A DNA stretch of 64,000 nt from Candidatus Cloacimonadales bacterium (GTDB taxonomy: Bacteria; Cloacimonadota; Cloacimonadia; Cloacimonadales; JAFGVF01), in contig OY782781.1 in the NCBI GenBank assembly GCA_963678315.1, positions 1,888,001-1,952,000 of the forward strand, given 5' to 3'. Below the pieces are notes generated by a model. It searched no databases, had not been told where the DNA came from, and saw only the letters and a program-made list of their open reading frames with translations. Made by a program: the position numbers and the translations under genes. This document shows positions 10,347 through 20,852 of the stretch, in pieces (within the stretch, counting starts at the first letter, position 1; each line of letters opens with the position of its first letter).

Positions 10347-11450
10347 ATGGCTCAAGTTATTGTTAATAATGTTAATAAGATATATGAGAATAGTTTTCAC
10401 GCAGTTAAAAGTGCAAACTTTGTAGCTGAAGATAAAGAATTTGTTGTTCTTGTAGGACCTTCTGGTTGTGGTAAAACAACAACTTTAAGATTAATTGCTG
10501 GTCTGGAAGATATCACTGATGGTGAAATCAAAATTGGCGAAAAAGTAGTTAACAATATTCCTCCAAAAGATAGAGATATTGCTATGGTTTTCCAAAACTA
10601 TGCTCTTTATCCTCATATGACTATTTATGATAACATGGCCTTTGCTCTTAAGCTTAGAAAAGAATCAAAAGAGTCTATTGATAAGAAAGTTAAAGATGCT
10701 GCAGGATTATTGGGTATTGATAGTCTACTAGACCGTAAGCCAAAGCAATTATCAGGTGGTCAACGTCAAAGAGTTGCACTTGGTCGAGCTATTGTGAGAA
10801 ATCCCTCTGTATTCTTATTTGATGAACCCCTTTCAAACTTAGATGCTAAATTAAGAGTTCAAATGAGAGCTGAAATTGTTAAACTTCACAAAACTCTTGA
10901 AACAACTATGATTTATGTTACTCATGATCAAGTTGAAGCTATGACAATGGCAGATAAAATCGTGGTAATGAAAGATGGTATTATCCAACAGATTGATTCT
11001 CCATTAAACCTATATAATAACCCTGTAAACTTGTTTGTTGCTGGATTTATTGGTTCACCTGCTATAAACCAAATTTCTGGAACAATAGCTAAGAAAGGTG
11101 ATAGTTATGTTTTTGAAGATGGTGAAATATCTTTAGAACTTATAAAAGAACATCATGAAAAAGTTAAGAACTATGTTGGTAAAGCTGTTGTCCTAGGAAT
11201 TAGACCTGAAGATTTATATGACAGTAACTACTCAATTCTAGCTGAAGCTCCAGTAAAAATCAACGCAATGTGTGATCTTGTTGAGCCAATGGGTAATGAG
11301 TTTGTTGTTTTCTTGAATACAAAAAATGCAAACTTAACAGCACGATTTGACCCAAAGAAAATGCCTCAAATTGATAAAGAAATGTCAATAACTCTTGATA
11401 TGAAGAAAGTACACATATTTGATAAAGAGAGTGAACTTGCTCTATTTTAA
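10347..11450 (+). CDS. Sugar ABC transporter ATP-binding subunit (MalK/MsmX/UgpC family); no adjacent permease genes
   Basis: [43 protein letters not shown]-terminal TOBE region. Confidence 0.93.
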   Translation: MAQVIVNNVNKIYENSFHAVKSANFVAEDKEFVVLVGPSGCGKTTTLRLIAGLEDITDGEIKIGEKVVNNIPPKDRDIAMVFQNYALYPHMTIYDNMAFALKLRKESKESIDKKVKDAAGLLGIDSLLDRKPKQLSGGQRQRVALGRAIVRNPSVFLFDEPLSNLDAKLRVQMRAEIVKLHKTLETTMIYVTHDQVEAMTMADKIVVMKDGIIQQIDSPLNLYNNPVNLFVAGFIGSPAINQISGTIAKKGDSYVFEDGEISLELIKEHHEKVKNYVGKAVVLGIRPEDLYDSNYSILAEAPVKINAMCDLVEPMGNEFVVFLNTKNANLTARFDPKKMPQIDKEMSITLDMKKVHIFDKESELALF

Positions 11451-11462
11451 TTAATCCTTTTT

Positions 11463-11497
11463 GATGACTCCAGTTTAACTGGAGTCGTTGTTTTTTG
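11463..11497 (+). terminator. Rho-independent terminator
   Basis: gactccagt-tta-actggagtc followed by a T-rich tract. Confidence 0.7.
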
Positions 11498-11526
11498 TTG
11501 TGAGATTGCATGTGAGGTTTGTGGTT

Positions 11527-12300
11527 ATGTATGGTTGGTTTATTGTATTTTTGTTATTTACTACATCTTTATTTCCAAATATTCTTGAAAATAGTTCAGC
11601 TGAAAGAGCAAGTCTAGGTTATTTAGACATTATTTCAAATACTCCTGAAAGTTTCTATTACAACCCTGCTAAATATACAAATGGTATTGCTTTAGGATAT
11701 ACAAAACCATTTAGTATAAACACGGTGTCATTAGGTAATGTTTCTATCTGTAATTCATATAAGTATTTGCATTTAGGTGTCTCTGAAAACTATCTTGAAT
11801 CAGAATATTATTCAAGATACATTTCTACAATTTCAATAGGGTGTTCAGTCACTGAATATTTATGTGTTGGGTCAAACATAAAGTATGTTGATGTAATAGA
11901 GAATCTCAGGAGTAACAGTCTTTCAAGTGATATAGGTGTTATGGTTAAACATAATAGTACTAGACTTAGTGTAGTTATAAATAACGTTTTAGCAAAGAAG
12001 AGAAAGGAATTTGATCTTACAAAGAATTTAGTAGCTGAACTATCTATTAATGTCGGAAAGATATCTTCTGTAGCTGTTGGTATTGAGAAAGAAGAAGACC
12101 AAGATATGATGGTAAAGTGTGGAACACTATTCAAGATATATAGGTCTTTATCATTAAAGTTAGGTTATACTGTAAAAGCAGATTTTGTATCAGCAGGATT
12201 TACTTATAACCTTAGGAACTTTAGTCTTGATTATGGGGTTAGTGTTCATGATGAATTAGAAGCAACACATTATATTTCAATTAAGTATGCAATTGATTAG
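11527..12300 (+). CDS. Putative outer-membrane beta-barrel (PorV-like)
   Basis: Likely start at MYGWF; SAERASLG...FYYNPA plug-like motif; amphipathic beta strands. Confidence 0.5.
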   Translation: MYGWFIVFLLFTTSLFPNILENSSAERASLGYLDIISNTPESFYYNPAKYTNGIALGYTKPFSINTVSLGNVSICNSYKYLHLGVSENYLESEYYSRYISTISIGCSVTEYLCVGSNIKYVDVIENLRSNSLSSDIGVMVKHNSTRLSVVINNVLAKKRKEFDLTKNLVAELSINVGKISSVAVGIEKEEDQDMMVKCGTLFKIYRSLSLKLGYTVKADFVSAGFTYNLRNFSLDYGVSVHDELEATHYISIKYAID

Positions 12301-13705
12301 AATCTGTTATACTTGTATCATTTATCTTATTATATCCACTTCTTTTGCTCAAGAAGAATATGAATTCACCAATAATTCAGAGTATGTCCAAAATTACAAT
12401 GAAATGTTGATTGCTAGCAACATTGACAGCTTGATAGAGGATTATGACTATACTTGTACTCTATATTCATTGGAAAACAACTTATCTAGTTTAAATTTGG
12501 ACTATAAATATGCTAATCAAGATTTAACTGCTTTCCTTAATTATACCGAAAGTAAAAGGATTGCAGTTTTTGTAGAAACATCACATAAGAATAATAAATT
12601 CGGTTTTGGTAGATATAAGATTAATTCTGAAAGTTTTGAAATTGTTCCTTCTAGCAGAAGTAATAAATTAAGTATAATGAATGGTTTTTTTACTAAATTA
12701 TCTTTTGATAAAGTACAAGTTCTAGCTACATATTCTAGAAGAAAACTACATTATAAAACTGTAGAAGAAGATGTCCAAGAACTTTCTTATAGCTCAAATA
12801 GTGAAGACTATTATGAAGAGCTTAACTTAGGCTTTAGGTATAAATATGCTAATTTAACTTGTGCATATATTGTTAATCCTAATAGATTCAGATATGCATT
12901 AACTCAATTTACAGGACAAAGTGAAGTTATTGTTAATAAGTTTCTAGTAGGATATCAAACAGAAACACTCGATATAGGTTTCAGCTCAAGTTATATTAAT
13001 CAGAAAGCAAGTATAGATATCAATTTAGGTATGCAATCTGATATGTGCAGGCATAATATCACTTATAACTATGTAGCAAGTAACTCACTTGCATGGAAAG
13101 AAATGGGACTGTATAACAAGTTTAACAAAGACTCTAGTCAAATTAAGTTCGATTCAGAAGTTAAAGTATCTGATAAAACAAAACTGAGTATCAACTGTAA
13201 AGTTCTAGAAAATCATTCAACAGATTTATGGTATAGAAAATTTCAAGCTAAGATAAAATTAAATAAAATTGGAACATATTCTTTAGCTAGAAGTAGTTAC
13301 TTAAATAGTTCAATGGAAAAGAAAGTAGTGCTAAATCATCTTTTAAGTGCAAATATAATATCTATAAGCCCCAATAATATAATTAGCATGACTTATAGAT
13401 TAAGTAGTAAACTTACCGACAATAGCAACTATCAAAAACTAGTTATATCCTACAATAATATTTGTGAGTGGGGAAGAACTAGCTTCGGTATTTGTGCAAA
13501 ACAAAATATTAAAAGCAATGATATTGCGATTGATTCTGATGGCTTCCTTTATGAAAGCAGTGAGAAAATAGATGATGATTTAACCTTATTATGTAGTCTC
13601 ACTACAAAAGCTAAATTTAACATTAAAGCTAAAGCAACCACAGAATATTCTCTCTATAGTGATAAGCTTATAAATCTGAAAATATATTTAAGTTATCTTC
13701 TATGA
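12287..13705 (+). CDS. Hypothetical secreted beta-rich protein
   Basis: 472-aa ORF with signal-peptide-like N-terminus; overlaps the upstream gene; no motif recognised. Confidence 0.5.
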   Translation: MQLIRICYTCIIYLIISTSFAQEEYEFTNNSEYVQNYNEMLIASNIDSLIEDYDYTCTLYSLENNLSSLNLDYKYANQDLTAFLNYTESKRIAVFVETSHKNNKFGFGRYKINSESFEIVPSSRSNKLSIMNGFFTKLSFDKVQVLATYSRRKLHYKTVEEDVQELSYSSNSEDYYEELNLGFRYKYANLTCAYIVNPNRFRYALTQFTGQSEVIVNKFLVGYQTETLDIGFSSSYINQKASIDINLGMQSDMCRHNITYNYVASNSLAWKEMGLYNKFNKDSSQIKFDSEVKVSDKTKLSINCKVLENHSTDLWYRKFQAKIKLNKIGTYSLARSSYLNSSMEKKVVLNHLLSANIISISPNNIISMTYRLSSKLTDNSNYQKLVISYNNICEWGRTSFGICAKQNIKSNDIAIDSDGFLYESSEKIDDDLTLLCSLTTKAKFNIKAKATTEYSLYSDKLINLKIYLSYLL

Positions 13706-14360
13706 CATAAGGCTTGATTAAGTCAGATGAATTGTTTCTTACATTATTTACTTTCTTACTTACAGAGTAATGTTTTAACTGACCTGAAATAGGCCTGATA
13801 ATATTATTTAGAAGCTTGTTATAATCTGTGCTGTTAATGTAATCACTAAGCATATCAGCCTGGATAATCACAGGCATTCTATGGTGAATATTTTCCATGT
13901 CAGCATTAGCATCTGTGGTTAAAATAGAACATGAGGTTATATAACTTCCATCTGAGCCATGCCATGTATCGTAGATTGCTGCAAAGAAAAGATATTCATC
14001 ATTTTCTGGGATAAAGTAGTTAGGTTCTTTTGTTATTTTATCCCATTCATAGAAACCACTTGCAGGTATTAGACATCTTTTATGTTGAAAAAGGCCTCGC
14101 CAGAAAGGCTTTTGCTTGATTGATTCAACCCTTGTATTAATAATGTTATATTGTGAATTAAGGCTTTTGGACCATGATGGAATTAATTGCCATTGTAGAA
14201 AATCAATACTAAGTTTATTTTCTTGAAGAAGTATAGCCCCTACATTATTAGTAGGAGCTACATTAAAGTTTATTGGAATAGTTTGCTCAGTATTTTCTAG
14301 TTCATCAAGGTACTTCTTTAAGTTTTTGTACTTAACAACTTGAGCAAATCTTCCACACAT
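13668..14360 (-). CDS. SOS response-associated peptidase (SRAP/YedK/HMCES family), abasic-site protection
   Basis: Start placed at MCGRF (catalytic N-terminal Cys); NVAPT, INTRVE, RCLIPASGFYEW, IHHRMPVI. Confidence 0.93.
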   Translation of the reverse strand: MCGRFAQVVKYKNLKKYLDELENTEQTIPINFNVAPTNNVGAILLQENKLSIDFLQWQLIPSWSKSLNSQYNIINTRVESIKQKPFWRGLFQHKRCLIPASGFYEWDKITKEPNYFIPENDEYLFFAAIYDTWHGSDGSYITSCSILTTDANADMENIHHRMPVIIQADMLSDYINSTDYNKLLNNIIRPISGQLKHYSVSKKVNNVRNNSSDLIKPYVIEDNLNIFSDL

Positions 14361-14361
14361 A

Positions 14362-15606
14362 TTAACTCCAGCTTTCTGCAAGTCTTACAATGACTTGAAC
14401 AGCTTTTACCATGGATGAAACAGGTATCCACTCTTTCTTTGAATGGAATAAGAAGCCACCTGTGAAGATATTTGGAGTAGGAAGGCCCATGAAGCTTAAT
14501 CTTGCACCATCTGTCCCGCCTCTTATAGGTGTTCTGAGTACTTTGATGTCAAAGTCTTTCATTGCATTGCTTGCCTTTTCTACGACTTGTGGAACCTCTT
14601 TGAGAACCTCATTCATGTTTCTATAAGATTCTTTCACAGTTACATCAATTATTAATCCAGGGTATTTAATTAAGAAGGTTTCTTGTAAACTATTGATAAA
14701 ATCAATTCTAGATTTGTTTTTTGCTGCATCAAAGTCTCTAATTATTAAGCTTGCCTTTGCTTGGCTTTCATTACCTGAGATACTGCTTAAATGATAGAAT
14801 CCTTCACGCTTTTCAGTATGCTCAGGAGATTCATTAGCAGGAAGTGATGTTACAAATTCAGAAGCAATTTTACAAGCGTTAATAAGAAGGTTCTTAGCAC
14901 TTCCTGGGTGAACATTTTTACCAGTAAATACTAATTCAATTCCATGGGCATTGAAGCATTCATCTTCAAGTTCACCAATTTGACCACCATCAATAGTGTA
15001 AGCATATTTACCAAGCTTATTGACATCAATGGAATCAGCACCACGTCCAACCTCTTCATCTGGAGTAAAACAAATTCGAAGCTCTGGATGTTGAATATCA
15101 TCACTATTTATTAAGATTTCTAGGGCTGTCATTATTTCTGCAATACCTGCTTTATCATCAGCTCCAAGAAGAGATATACCAGAGGCTGTAATAATATCAT
15201 CTCCAATATAGTCCAGTAAGTATGGGCATTCTTTGGGACTCAGGATAAGCGTCTTATCATCAGGATAAGTTAAATCATCACCCTTATAATTTTTATGGAT
15301 TATTGGTTTTACATTTTCTCCAGTTACTGCAGGGCTTGTATCCATATGTGAAATAAAGCTTATTGGGGTTCCATTAACATCCTTAGATGCTGGTAGGGTA
15401 GCGTAAACATAGCAACAATCATCAACCTCAACATTGATCATTCCTAATGCAATTAATTCTTCTTTTAATAGTTCAGCTAAATCATACTGGTTATTTGATG
15501 TAGGATTTTTAATACCATTCTCATCAGATGTAGTGTATACCTTCGCATATCTTATAAAACGTTCAACAACAGATTCTTTAATTTGGTTTTCGCATGTAAT
15601 ATTCAT
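14362..15606 (-). CDS. pepT: Peptidase T (M20 tripeptidase)
   Basis: SHMDT, LLGADDKAG, PDEEVGRG, HPGSAK, PIRGGTDG motifs. Confidence 0.95.
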   Translation of the reverse strand: MNITCENQIKESVVERFIRYAKVYTTSDENGIKNPTSNNQYDLAELLKEELIALGMINVEVDDCCYVYATLPASKDVNGTPISFISHMDTSPAVTGENVKPIIHKNYKGDDLTYPDDKTLILSPKECPYLLDYIGDDIITASGISLLGADDKAGIAEIMTALEILINSDDIQHPELRICFTPDEEVGRGADSIDVNKLGKYAYTIDGGQIGELEDECFNAHGIELVFTGKNVHPGSAKNLLINACKIASEFVTSLPANESPEHTEKREGFYHLSSISGNESQAKASLIIRDFDAAKNKSRIDFINSLQETFLIKYPGLIIDVTVKESYRNMNEVLKEVPQVVEKASNAMKDFDIKVLRTPIRGGTDGARLSFMGLPTPNIFTGGFLFHSKKEWIPVSSMVKAVQVIVRLAESWS

Positions 15607-15617
15607 AATTTCCTCAT

Positions 15618-15643
15618 AAAAAAAAGCGGTCCTAGACCGCTTT
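15618..15643 (-). terminator. Terminator after the lipoprotein gene (minus strand)
   Basis: aaagcggtc-cta-gaccgcttt with an A8 run on the + strand, read as a T-tract on the minus strand. Confidence 0.7.
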
Positions 15644-15659
15644 AATCAACTAATATTTA

Positions 15660-16223
15660 TTAATTATCCATTTTTTTAAATTCTGTTTCCATTTCTTGGA
15701 ATGTTTGAGAAGCTTTAAATTGGTTATACAGTGCTTCTTCGTTCTTTATTGCATTGAAAGTTTCACGGTCTACTTCAGATTTAGGTAGTTTAAGTCTTAC
15801 AAATGCTTTAAATTTTGACCCTTCTCTAATCATTTTATGCTCGTCGATTAATAAACCTCTAATTTTTGATTCAGAAAGAACCTTAACAACACCTTTAGTT
15901 AAACCTAATACTTCAGTATTGTTAACACCTGATTCTTGTTCAAATGTTTTAATCATACCTTGAACATAAGTATCCAAGTACATTGATGCATTGAAAATAG
16001 CATTAGATCTAGCTGCTTTTCTAGCAAGAGATGTAGTTGATTGTACACCTTCACCGAAGAAGTAAACATATTCTGCGTTGTCTTGTTTGTCATACCAGTC
16101 AGGGTAATATACTTCTAAATCACTATCAATCTTAGATTCTTTTGAATCATTAGATGAGCATCCAACAATAAGAAAAGCTAAAGATATTAGCATAAGTAAA
16201 ATAATTACTTTTCTTAATTTCAT
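15660..16223 (-). CDS. LPP20-like lipoprotein
   Basis: Likely start MKLRKV with ggag RBS; lipobox LIVGC; PDWY motif near the N-terminus. Confidence 0.6.
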   Translation of the reverse strand: MKLRKVIILLMLISLAFLIVGCSSNDSKESKIDSDLEVYYPDWYDKQDNAEYVYFFGEGVQSTTSLARKAARSNAIFNASMYLDTYVQGMIKTFEQESGVNNTEVLGLTKGVVKVLSESKIRGLLIDEHKMIREGSKFKAFVRLKLPKSEVDRETFNAIKNEEALYNQFKASQTFQEMETEFKKMDN

Positions 16224-16342
16224 AATCTCCTCCATTATTTTTTTCATTCACATCAATTATGATGTCTTCATTTTAAAGTGTCAAGAAAAATAATCATCAT
16301 TTAGATTTATCTTTAAACTAGTCAGTGTTTTAAATAAATTAA

Positions 16343-16406
16343 TTGACAAGTTAAAAAAACTATGCATTCTTAACATTAAACATACATAAGACATGGAATT
16401 CCATGT
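16343..16406 (+). promoter_or_regulatory. Sigma70-like promoter plus perfect 16-bp palindrome (candidate operator)
   Basis: TTGACA at 16343; ACATGGAATTCCATGT at 16391-16406, upstream of the RBS. Confidence 0.45.
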
Positions 16407-16429
16407 TATTAATACAAAAAGGAGATATT

Positions 16430-17626
16430 ATGAACAGAAGAAAAGTTGCGTTGTTAATTGTTGGTTTATTAATCGTTTCTACAAGTGTTTTTGCTAGCTA
16501 TAGTAGGATTATAGGTTTAGGCTCTCCACATGGTCTCATTGAAGATGATACCGATATTTATCTTTATCCATCGACGATGAATCAATATGAAGGTGTTGTT
16601 GTTGGTGAACTTTTTAATACTCCAAATGATTTTGATTGGACTATTGGGGCTAATGTTCCAATAGAAAATGTCAAAATAGGTTTATATCTTAATCAACCAA
16701 CTGGCATTAACTTTGATGATAACGAACACTTATTTGGTTTAGATATTTCAAGAAGCACTAATCTAATGATTGGCTTTATGGAAAAGATTGCTTTAGGTTT
16801 TGGTACTGCAATTGATTATAAAGATGAAGTTAAATGGACCAATGGTGATGAAACCAAAAAACTTGACCCTAAAGCTAACTTCTATAAAATATTTGGTGGC
16901 TATTCAACTGGTAAAGTTGATTTTGGTGTTAATATAGACATTGCTGATGCTGAAAATGTTGATGATGGAACAAAGGCAGAGTATTCTAAAATGATTATGG
17001 ATATCAATGCAAGAACAACTATCATAAATAACAGTAAAATGACCTTAATTGCTAAGGCTGGATTCTCAAACATTTCTGAAGAGTATGATTATTCAGATTT
17101 TTGGACAGGAGATCAAGGTATGTCTACAGACCTTTCAGAAATAAATGTAGATATTTCTGCTGGACTTCAAGTTAAGGCTGGTGAAAAGAATAAAATCTTT
17201 ATCGGTTTAACTCCATTCAGATACAGTAGTGCTACTTTAGAAGAAAAAACTCCTATGGAAATAGATCCATCTAAAGATAGTTATGTAGCTAAAGATGAAT
17301 ATAAATTAGATGCAATGGTTTTTCCAGCATATTATTTAGCTGTTGAATCTCAAATTTGTTCATGGTTAACAGGTAGATTTGGAGCTAATCAAGATTATGT
17401 TCATGTAACCCAAGAAGCTGATTATGATGAAGAATCTAATCAAGAAGATGAAGATACTGAATTTTATGAAAAAGAGTATAATATGAACTTAGGTCTTACT
17501 TTTAAATTTGGAAACTTCTGTATTGACTCTGTTATTGAAAAGGAATTATTATTTGATGGACCAAACTTTATCGGTGGTAGAGATTCTGGTTTAGCATCAA
17601 ATGTTTCAGTGAAATATAAGTTCTAA
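16430..17626 (+). CDS. Putative outer-membrane beta-barrel protein
   Basis: Start MNRRK with ggag RBS; signal peptide ending VFA; C-terminal SVKYKF. Confidence 0.6.
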   Translation: MNRRKVALLIVGLLIVSTSVFASYSRIIGLGSPHGLIEDDTDIYLYPSTMNQYEGVVVGELFNTPNDFDWTIGANVPIENVKIGLYLNQPTGINFDDNEHLFGLDISRSTNLMIGFMEKIALGFGTAIDYKDEVKWTNGDETKKLDPKANFYKIFGGYSTGKVDFGVNIDIADAENVDDGTKAEYSKMIMDINARTTIINNSKMTLIAKAGFSNISEEYDYSDFWTGDQGMSTDLSEINVDISAGLQVKAGEKNKIFIGLTPFRYSSATLEEKTPMEIDPSKDSYVAKDEYKLDAMVFPAYYLAVESQICSWLTGRFGANQDYVHVTQEADYDEESNQEDEDTEFYEKEYNMNLGLTFKFGNFCIDSVIEKELLFDGPNFIGGRDSGLASNVSVKYKF

Positions 17627-17644
17627 AGATATAGTATAAATTAG

Positions 17645-17905
17645 AAAGGGATTGATTATTTTCAATCCCTTTCTGACTTTTGAAAAGGATTAATGTTGAA
17701 AAGTGTTGTTGGTAAATATAAATGTTTAGTATTTTGAGATTCGACATACCTTAGCTAAATCTTTAGTTATCGAAGTATAACAATACATCTTCGACTAAAG
17801 TTTTAACTAATCTATTGCCGATTTATTTTTGTAAAAATAAAACAAAAACAAAGAGCCTTAACTTTGTGAAGGCTCTCAAAGGGACTGATTATTTTCAATC
17901 CCTTT
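17645..17905. terminator. Convergent terminator region with two near-identical 28-bp hairpins
   Basis: aaagggattgattattttcaatcccttt (17645-17672) and aaagggactgattattttcaatcccttt (17878-17905); additional hairpin gagcctt...aaggctc at about 17853-17875. Confidence 0.7.
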
Positions 17906-17927
17906 AATTTGGTTTAGTAAAGTATAT

Positions 17928-18599
17928 CTATAAACCAAAAGTTCCTAAGTTTTCACTAACTTCTAATTTAGCTTCTGTTTTTTCTAATACTTCTTCAAGA
18001 GTGTATCCTTCAGCAATTTCTTCAAGAACAGCACCATTTTCACTAATTCTGATTAATGCTATATCAGTAACAATTAAGGTTACTTTATTTTTAGCTGTTA
18101 ATGGAAGAGTACATTCTTCAAGAATTTTTGTATTACCTTTTTTGTCACAATGCTCCATTGCTACTACAACATTCTTTGCACCTGTAACTAAATCCATAGC
18201 TCCACCCATACCAGGAACCATTTTTCCAGGAATCATCCAGTTAGCTAGATTACCATATCCATCAACTTGTAAAGCACCTAGAACTGTCATGTTTAAGTGT
18301 CCTCCACGGATAATTGCAAAGCTAGTTGCAGAATCAAAGTATGAAGCGCCTGAACCCTCTGTTATAAATCCACCTCCAGCATTAATTAAGTCAGCATCTT
18401 CGTGACCTTCCTGCGGAGCTGGACCTACACCCATTATACCATTTTCGGATTGGAAATGAACTGTCATCCCTTCTGGAATGTAGTTAGCTACTAGAGTTGG
18501 TAAGCCAATACCTAAATTAACAAAATCACCATCATGAAGTTCTTGAGCAATTCTTTTTGCAATTACTGCTCTTTTATATTGTTTGTCATTTCTATCCAT
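17928..18599 (-). CDS. atoA: 3-oxoacid/acetoacetate CoA-transferase beta subunit
   Basis: VNLGIGLP, QSENG (catalytic Glu), GMGGAMDL. Confidence 0.9.
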   Translation of the reverse strand: MDRNDKQYKRAVIAKRIAQELHDGDFVNLGIGLPTLVANYIPEGMTVHFQSENGIMGVGPAPQEGHEDADLINAGGGFITEGSGASYFDSATSFAIIRGGHLNMTVLGALQVDGYGNLANWMIPGKMVPGMGGAMDLVTGAKNVVVAMEHCDKKGNTKILEECTLPLTAKNKVTLIVTDIALIRISENGAVLEEIAEGYTLEEVLEKTEAKLEVSENLGTFGL

Positions 18600-18601
18600 T
18601 T

Positions 18602-19255
18602 CTACTTCTCCTTTAAAACAAGATAATCTACGAAAACGCCTGGTGTAACTATTTCTTCAGGTGAAAGCTCTCCAGCTTCAACTATTTCATCAACTTCTAC
18701 GATAGTAATTTTACCAGCCATTGCCATGATAGGATTACTGTTTCTAGCAGTTTTGTTGAATATTAAGTTGCCAAGTTTATCTGCCTTATGTGCTCTAATT
18801 AAAGCATAATCAGCATGGATAGGTGTCTCTAGAATATATCTTTCACCATTAGACTCAATAATTTGCTTTCCTTCTTCAGCTAATGTTCCAAGACCAGTTT
18901 GTGTTAAAATACCACCAAGACCTGCTCCCGCGGCACGAACTCTTTCCATCAAGGTACCCTGAGGAACTAACTCAATATCTATTTCTTTTTCATTCATTTG
19001 TCTTTGTATTTCTCTATTAGTCCCTAAATGTGACACTTGAGCTGATTTAGCTTGTTTAGCTGTGATCAATTTACCCATTCCTCTGTTATCATAATCAGAG
19101 GCAATAACGATTAAATGTAGATTGTCTACTTTTGCTTCTACAAGAGAATCAATAATTGTCTCAGGTGCACCAACAGCAAGAAAACCACCTATCATTAATC
19201 TAGAGTGTGGTTTTATCATTTCAACAGCTTGTTTAGAAGTGATAACCTTTGCCAT
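18602..19255 (-). CDS. atoD: 3-oxoacid/acetoacetate CoA-transferase alpha subunit
   Basis: GGFL, PQGTLMERVRAAGAG, KADKLGNL, ARNSNP motifs; adjacent to the beta subunit. Confidence 0.9.
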   Translation of the reverse strand: MAKVITSKQAVEMIKPHSRLMIGGFLAVGAPETIIDSLVEAKVDNLHLIVIASDYDNRGMGKLITAKQAKSAQVSHLGTNREIQRQMNEKEIDIELVPQGTLMERVRAAGAGLGGILTQTGLGTLAEEGKQIIESNGERYILETPIHADYALIRAHKADKLGNLIFNKTARNSNPIMAMAGKITIVEVDEIVEAGELSPEEIVTPGVFVDYLVLKEK

Positions 19256-19404
19256 AAAAACTCCTTAATTCATATTCTGATAATTTTTACAATTATAATG
19301 TTTATATGTAATCAGTCAATAAAATTAATTCTAAATCAAAGTTGATAGTAATTTACATATCTACTATAAGCAGGGAACTAATTTCAAGAAAAGTAAAAAA
19401 GATG

Positions 19405-19457
19405 TTGACTAAAGCGATTGAATTTAATTCAATTGGTTAAAATGAATAGTATTCATT
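19405..19457. promoter_or_regulatory. Divergent atoDA/fadL promoter region with two 17-bp AWTGAAT-N3-ATTCAWT palindromes
   Basis: TTGACT at 19405; ATTGAATTTAATTCAAT (19417-19433); AATGAATAGTATTCATT (19441-19457). Confidence 0.6.
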
Positions 19458-19517
19458 AATAAAGATATCTTAATATACAATATTCTAAGATGTTAAATAA
19501 TGATTAGGAGTCAATTT

Positions 19518-20801
19518 ATGAAAAAGTATTTATTAATTACTTTATGTTTTTTATCAGTGTTGAGTCTTGTTGCAAATGGTGTAAGTTTGAATAGTATTGG
19601 TCCTAAAGCTGCTGCTATGGGTGGAGCTTTTGTAGGTCAAGCAGATGACGCTACAGCTGTTTATTGGAATCCTGCTGGCTTGGTTGGTCAGGATGCAACA
19701 ATCAATCTATCTTTGGTTGATGTATATGAATATCCAACTTATAAAAATGAGACTTATGGCATAGATGCAGAAGGTGCTGATGAACACTACTTATCACCAC
19801 ATTTATTTATGAATTATGCTAAAGATAAGTTTGCTTGGGGATTTGGTATTTATGTACCTCATGGTTTAGGTGCTGATTGGGATGGTGATAATTTCACTTC
19901 ATTAGCTGGACCAGAAATGCTAGAAGGTGTTATCGCAAATCCATTTGCAGGTAAAGAGTTTGAATGGAAATCAAAGATTGCTATGATTTCTGTTAGTTCT
20001 TCTGCAGCTTATCAAGTATCAGATAGATTCTCTGTAGGTATTGCTGTAAATATTAACCATGGTTCTATGGAAATTAAACGTGGCGAAGATAGACTTGATA
20101 TTGTATCATCTCCTGGAGATATTCTACTTGGTTCAGATGGAAAGATTGATACACAATATCATGAAGAAGTTGAAGGTTCAGGAACTAGTTTTAATTTAGG
20201 TGTTAAATATAAAATCATGGAAAACTTAGATTTAGGTCTTGCTTATCATTCTCCTTCAGTTGTTGCCCTAAAAGGTGATGCTACTTTAGCATTTGCTACA
20301 GGTGATGAAGAGTTATATGTTAGAAGAGATTTAGAATTACCTATGTGGGTTGGTATGGGATTATCCTATAAACCTAATGATAGATGGACTCTTAACTTAG
20401 ATGCTCAATTCACAAATTGGTCTACTTTTGATAAGATGGTTACTCAAGTTCTTATGGAAGACAGTACCGAAAATATAGTAACACATATGGATTGGGAAGA
20501 TTGTATTCAATATAGATTTGGTATGGAATATAAGGCTACAAAATGTCTTGCTTTAAGAGCAGGTTACTTCTATGACCCAGCTCCAGCACCGGATGAAACT
20601 TTGAATTTCTTATTCCCATCATCTGAAAATCATAATGTTGCTGGTGGTATTGGATATACATGGAATAAAATTACTCTTGATCTAAGTGCTGAGTATTATC
20701 TTGGACAAGAAAGAGAAGTTGAACTGGCAGAACATAATATGCCCGGAACACATCAAATGGATATTTTTGCTTACTTAGTTGGTCTTAAATATACTTTCTA
20801 A
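19518..20801 (+). CDS. fadL: Long-chain fatty acid outer-membrane transporter, FadL/OmpP1 family
   Basis: Signal peptide; GPKAAAMGGA...ADDATAVYWNPAG; C-terminal LKYTF; start at MKKYLL with aggag RBS. Confidence 0.85.
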   Translation: MKKYLLITLCFLSVLSLVANGVSLNSIGPKAAAMGGAFVGQADDATAVYWNPAGLVGQDATINLSLVDVYEYPTYKNETYGIDAEGADEHYLSPHLFMNYAKDKFAWGFGIYVPHGLGADWDGDNFTSLAGPEMLEGVIANPFAGKEFEWKSKIAMISVSSSAAYQVSDRFSVGIAVNINHGSMEIKRGEDRLDIVSSPGDILLGSDGKIDTQYHEEVEGSGTSFNLGVKYKIMENLDLGLAYHSPSVVALKGDATLAFATGDEELYVRRDLELPMWVGMGLSYKPNDRWTLNLDAQFTNWSTFDKMVTQVLMEDSTENIVTHMDWEDCIQYRFGMEYKATKCLALRAGYFYDPAPAPDETLNFLFPSSENHNVAGGIGYTWNKITLDLSAEYYLGQEREVELAEHNMPGTHQMDIFAYLVGLKYTF

Positions 20802-20820
20802 GTTGTATGGCATGAGAAGT

Positions 20821-20852
20821 AAAAGGCAGTCGAAAGACTGCCTCTTTTTTTT
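20821..20852 (+). terminator. Rho-independent terminator
   Basis: aggcagtc-gaaa-gactgcct followed by a T8 run. Confidence 0.85.
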
